DNA from: Opitutales bacterium
Lineage (GTDB): Bacteria > Verrucomicrobiota > Verrucomicrobiia > Opitutales > JABSRG01
Assembly: GCA_049599475.1 (NCBI GenBank)
Contig: JBMYOQ010000027.1
Location: 1 to 47,407 of the forward strand
Length of the DNA: 47,407 nt
Reading direction: 5' to 3'
Shown: positions 45,646-47,407 of the stretch, in pieces
Layout of the letters: each line of letters starts with the position of its first letter
How positions within the stretch are numbered: the first letter of the stretch is position 1
Translations under genes and position numbers: made by a program
The notes under the pieces: model-generated
Seen by the model: only the letters and a program-made list of their open reading frames with translations
Database searches by the model: none
Told to the model about the DNA's origin: nothing

Positions 45646-47025
45646 CTACAAACCATTTGCCTCTTTGGCCAAGCTTGCTCGGAAGAAGCGCTTGCCTTCT
45701 GGTTTTACTTTCCAGAACGGACTCGGCTCGTGAGCTTCGGCCATGAGTTTTTTGAGCTTGTCGACAATCTCCGGATGCTGGCTAGATAAGTCGTTCGATT
45801 CGCTTTCGTCCTGGGAAAGGTCATACAGCTCAATTTTTTCGGGTTGTCTCCGGTCGGGCACGACGGCCTTCCAATTACCCATGCGGATGGCGGCATTGGG
45901 TTTTCTTTCGTAGAGTTCCCAATAGAGATATTTGTGCTTTTTTTGCTGCTCGGGTTCTCCGATCAGGGTCGGCAGCATGGATATGCCATCGGTTTCGCCG
46001 TGAATGGGCTCACCCGTTAATTCGCTAAACGTGGGTAGCATGTCCCAAAATGCTGAAATATGGTCGGATGTGCTGCCAGGTTTGATTGTTCCGGGCCAGT
46101 AGGCGACCATGGGCGTGCGCAGACCGCCTTCGTACATGCTGCGCTTGATGTCGCGTAGGGGGCCGGATGTATCGAAGAATGCCTCAGATTTCTTTTGGCC
46201 ATGGGCTCCATTGTCGCTGTTGAAAATAACGAGTGTATTCTCCGCAATTTTGAGTTCGTGCAGAAGGTCAATTATTGTGCCGATATCGCGATCCATTCGG
46301 GAAGTCATCGCGGCATGAATCTTCATATCCTCCGGCCATTCTTTGTCTGCATATTGCGCGAGATCAGGAACCTGATATTTGGTGTGCGGGATATTGTAGG
46401 CTAGGTATAGGTAAAAGGGGCCGTCCTTTTGTTCGCGGATGTATTGGAGAGCCTCTTGCGTCTTTAGGTCGTGGCTGTAGGTTTTTCCATCAAGAGGAAT
46501 CTTGTCTGCGTTCCTAAACAGGTGATCTGTGTAATAATTGTGCGCATGTCTTTGGTCTAGATAACCGAAGAAATAATCGAAGCCTTGCTTGTTGGGATAT
46601 CCAGTGCTTTGGACATTTCCTGGAAGGTAGCCGCCTAGGCCCCATTTTCCTATGAGAGCGGTGTGGTAGCCCGCACGTTTGAACAGTTTGGCGACGGTCT
46701 CCGAGTCGGCAGGAATGGGTGTCTGCCCATTAGGGAAGCCAGGGCTGTTCGCACGAATGTAGGCTTTCCCCGGATGGCGGCCCGTCATGAGAGAGCAACG
46801 GGCGGGAGCGCATACGGCGTTGCCGCTATAGTGGGCGGTAAACCGCATGCCCTGAGCTGCGAGCTCGTCGAGCTCAGGTGTATCGATCATTTTCTGACCG
46901 TTGAAGCCGACTTCGCCCCAGCCCAAATCGTCCGCTAGGATGTAAATGACATTAGTGGTTTGCGTTTTGCCGCTCAAGAGCGAGAGGCCTAGTGCGGCGA
47001 AGAGTAGGGGAACGAGTGATTTCAT
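45646..47025 (-). CDS. Formylglycine-dependent (S1) arylsulfatase, secreted
   Basis: NVIYILADDLG, CAPARCSLMTGRH, IGKWGLG, SDNG, KRSMYEGGLR, ELYDL. Confidence 0.95.
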   Translation of the reverse strand: MKSLVPLLFAALGLSLLSGKTQTTNVIYILADDLGWGEVGFNGQKMIDTPELDELAAQGMRFTAHYSGNAVCAPARCSLMTGRHPGKAYIRANSPGFPNGQTPIPADSETVAKLFKRAGYHTALIGKWGLGGYLPGNVQSTGYPNKQGFDYFFGYLDQRHAHNYYTDHLFRNADKIPLDGKTYSHDLKTQEALQYIREQKDGPFYLYLAYNIPHTKYQVPDLAQYADKEWPEDMKIHAAMTSRMDRDIGTIIDLLHELKIAENTLVIFNSDNGAHGQKKSEAFFDTSGPLRDIKRSMYEGGLRTPMVAYWPGTIKPGSTSDHISAFWDMLPTFSELTGEPIHGETDGISMLPTLIGEPEQQKKHKYLYWELYERKPNAAIRMGNWKAVVPDRRQPEKIELYDLSQDESESNDLSSQHPEIVDKLKKLMAEAHEPSPFWKVKPEGKRFFRASLAKEANGL

Positions 47026-47027
47026 TT

Positions 47028-47352
47028 TTATTTAGATAGGTATTGGAAGCGCCGAGAGGCATTGGACTTGCCTTGATTCCAAGGGGCGCTAGAGACTGAG
47101 GATATATCGAAATTGTATCCAAACCCGGAATCGCGAAGGAGTACTACGGAGTTCAGGATGATATTCGCTTCCACAGGATCATTTATGGAATTTAAGATGG
47201 CTGTAAAGTGAGACATCGGGTCTGATTGGCGGGTAAGTCCAAGAAACTCGGCAGCCCGAGCTTTTACCAGTGGGTCTGGGTCGGCCTCCAAGAGTTTGGA
47301 AGCTGTACCGAAAAAGTCCTGAGCTTCTTCGCCAAAAGCGCTGCAGGTGATA
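47028..47352 (-). pseudogene. 3' fragment of a HEAT-repeat-containing gene (possibly a sulfatase C-terminus), cut off by the terminal repeat
   Basis: ITCSAFGEEA...DPDPLVKARAAEFLG...ILNSVVLLRD ends 2 bp before the sulfatase ATG. The listed N-terminus is encoded by the 55-bp repeat. Confidence 0.65.
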
Positions 47353-47407
47353 ATACCGCTTCGCAAAAATATTGATAAGATGCGGCAATCTGACACGATA
47401 TCAGGAT
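47353..47407 (+). mobile_element. 55-bp terminal repeat, probable end of an insertion sequence that continues off-window
   Basis: Reverse complement of 1-55; interrupts a coding sequence. Confidence 0.65.

Noticed and set aside
47353..47396. Listed start of the 122-aa ORF 47028-47396
   Set aside because: The first ~15 codons come from the terminal repeat, so the ORF is a chimeric fragment.

Overview
A 47.4-kb window, probably a whole assembly contig, from a PVC-superphylum bacterium. It is most consistent with Verrucomicrobiota/Opitutia (two PEP-CTERM proteins, a Verru_Chthon-A/PilX-like giant pilin, sulfatases, weak Shine-Dalgarno usage). Most of it (about 2-42 kb) is a polysaccharide-utilisation island with no SusC/SusD pair or any other transporter. 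It carries three GH2 glycosidases, a PL6 lyase, a GH87-like and a second beta-helix enzyme, a Tat-exported beta-propeller, two alpha/beta esterases, an SGNH esterase and a YesU/DUF1961 protein. Several uncharacterised surface proteins are mixed in. The right end holds LURP-one, lipase-3, sodA, msrA, an arylsulfatase and an interrupted gene. The most unusual object is a 1804-aa secreted protein combining carbohydrate-binding and lectin-like modules with a single CxxCH heme-c domain. Next is a module made of a paralogous free/PEP-CTERM-anchored protein pair, a giant PilX-like pilin and its coupled partner. Two accessory genes are disabled by single substitutions at critical sites: a Doc toxin (His->Leu) and an AAA ATPase (TAG inside Walker A). 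Intergenic DNA is rich in GGTAG-type REP/REPIN elements, and the two window ends are the same 55 bp in inverted orientation (probable IS ends). All family assignments come from motif recognition by eye, not from database searches. No rRNA, tRNA or CRISPR array was seen.
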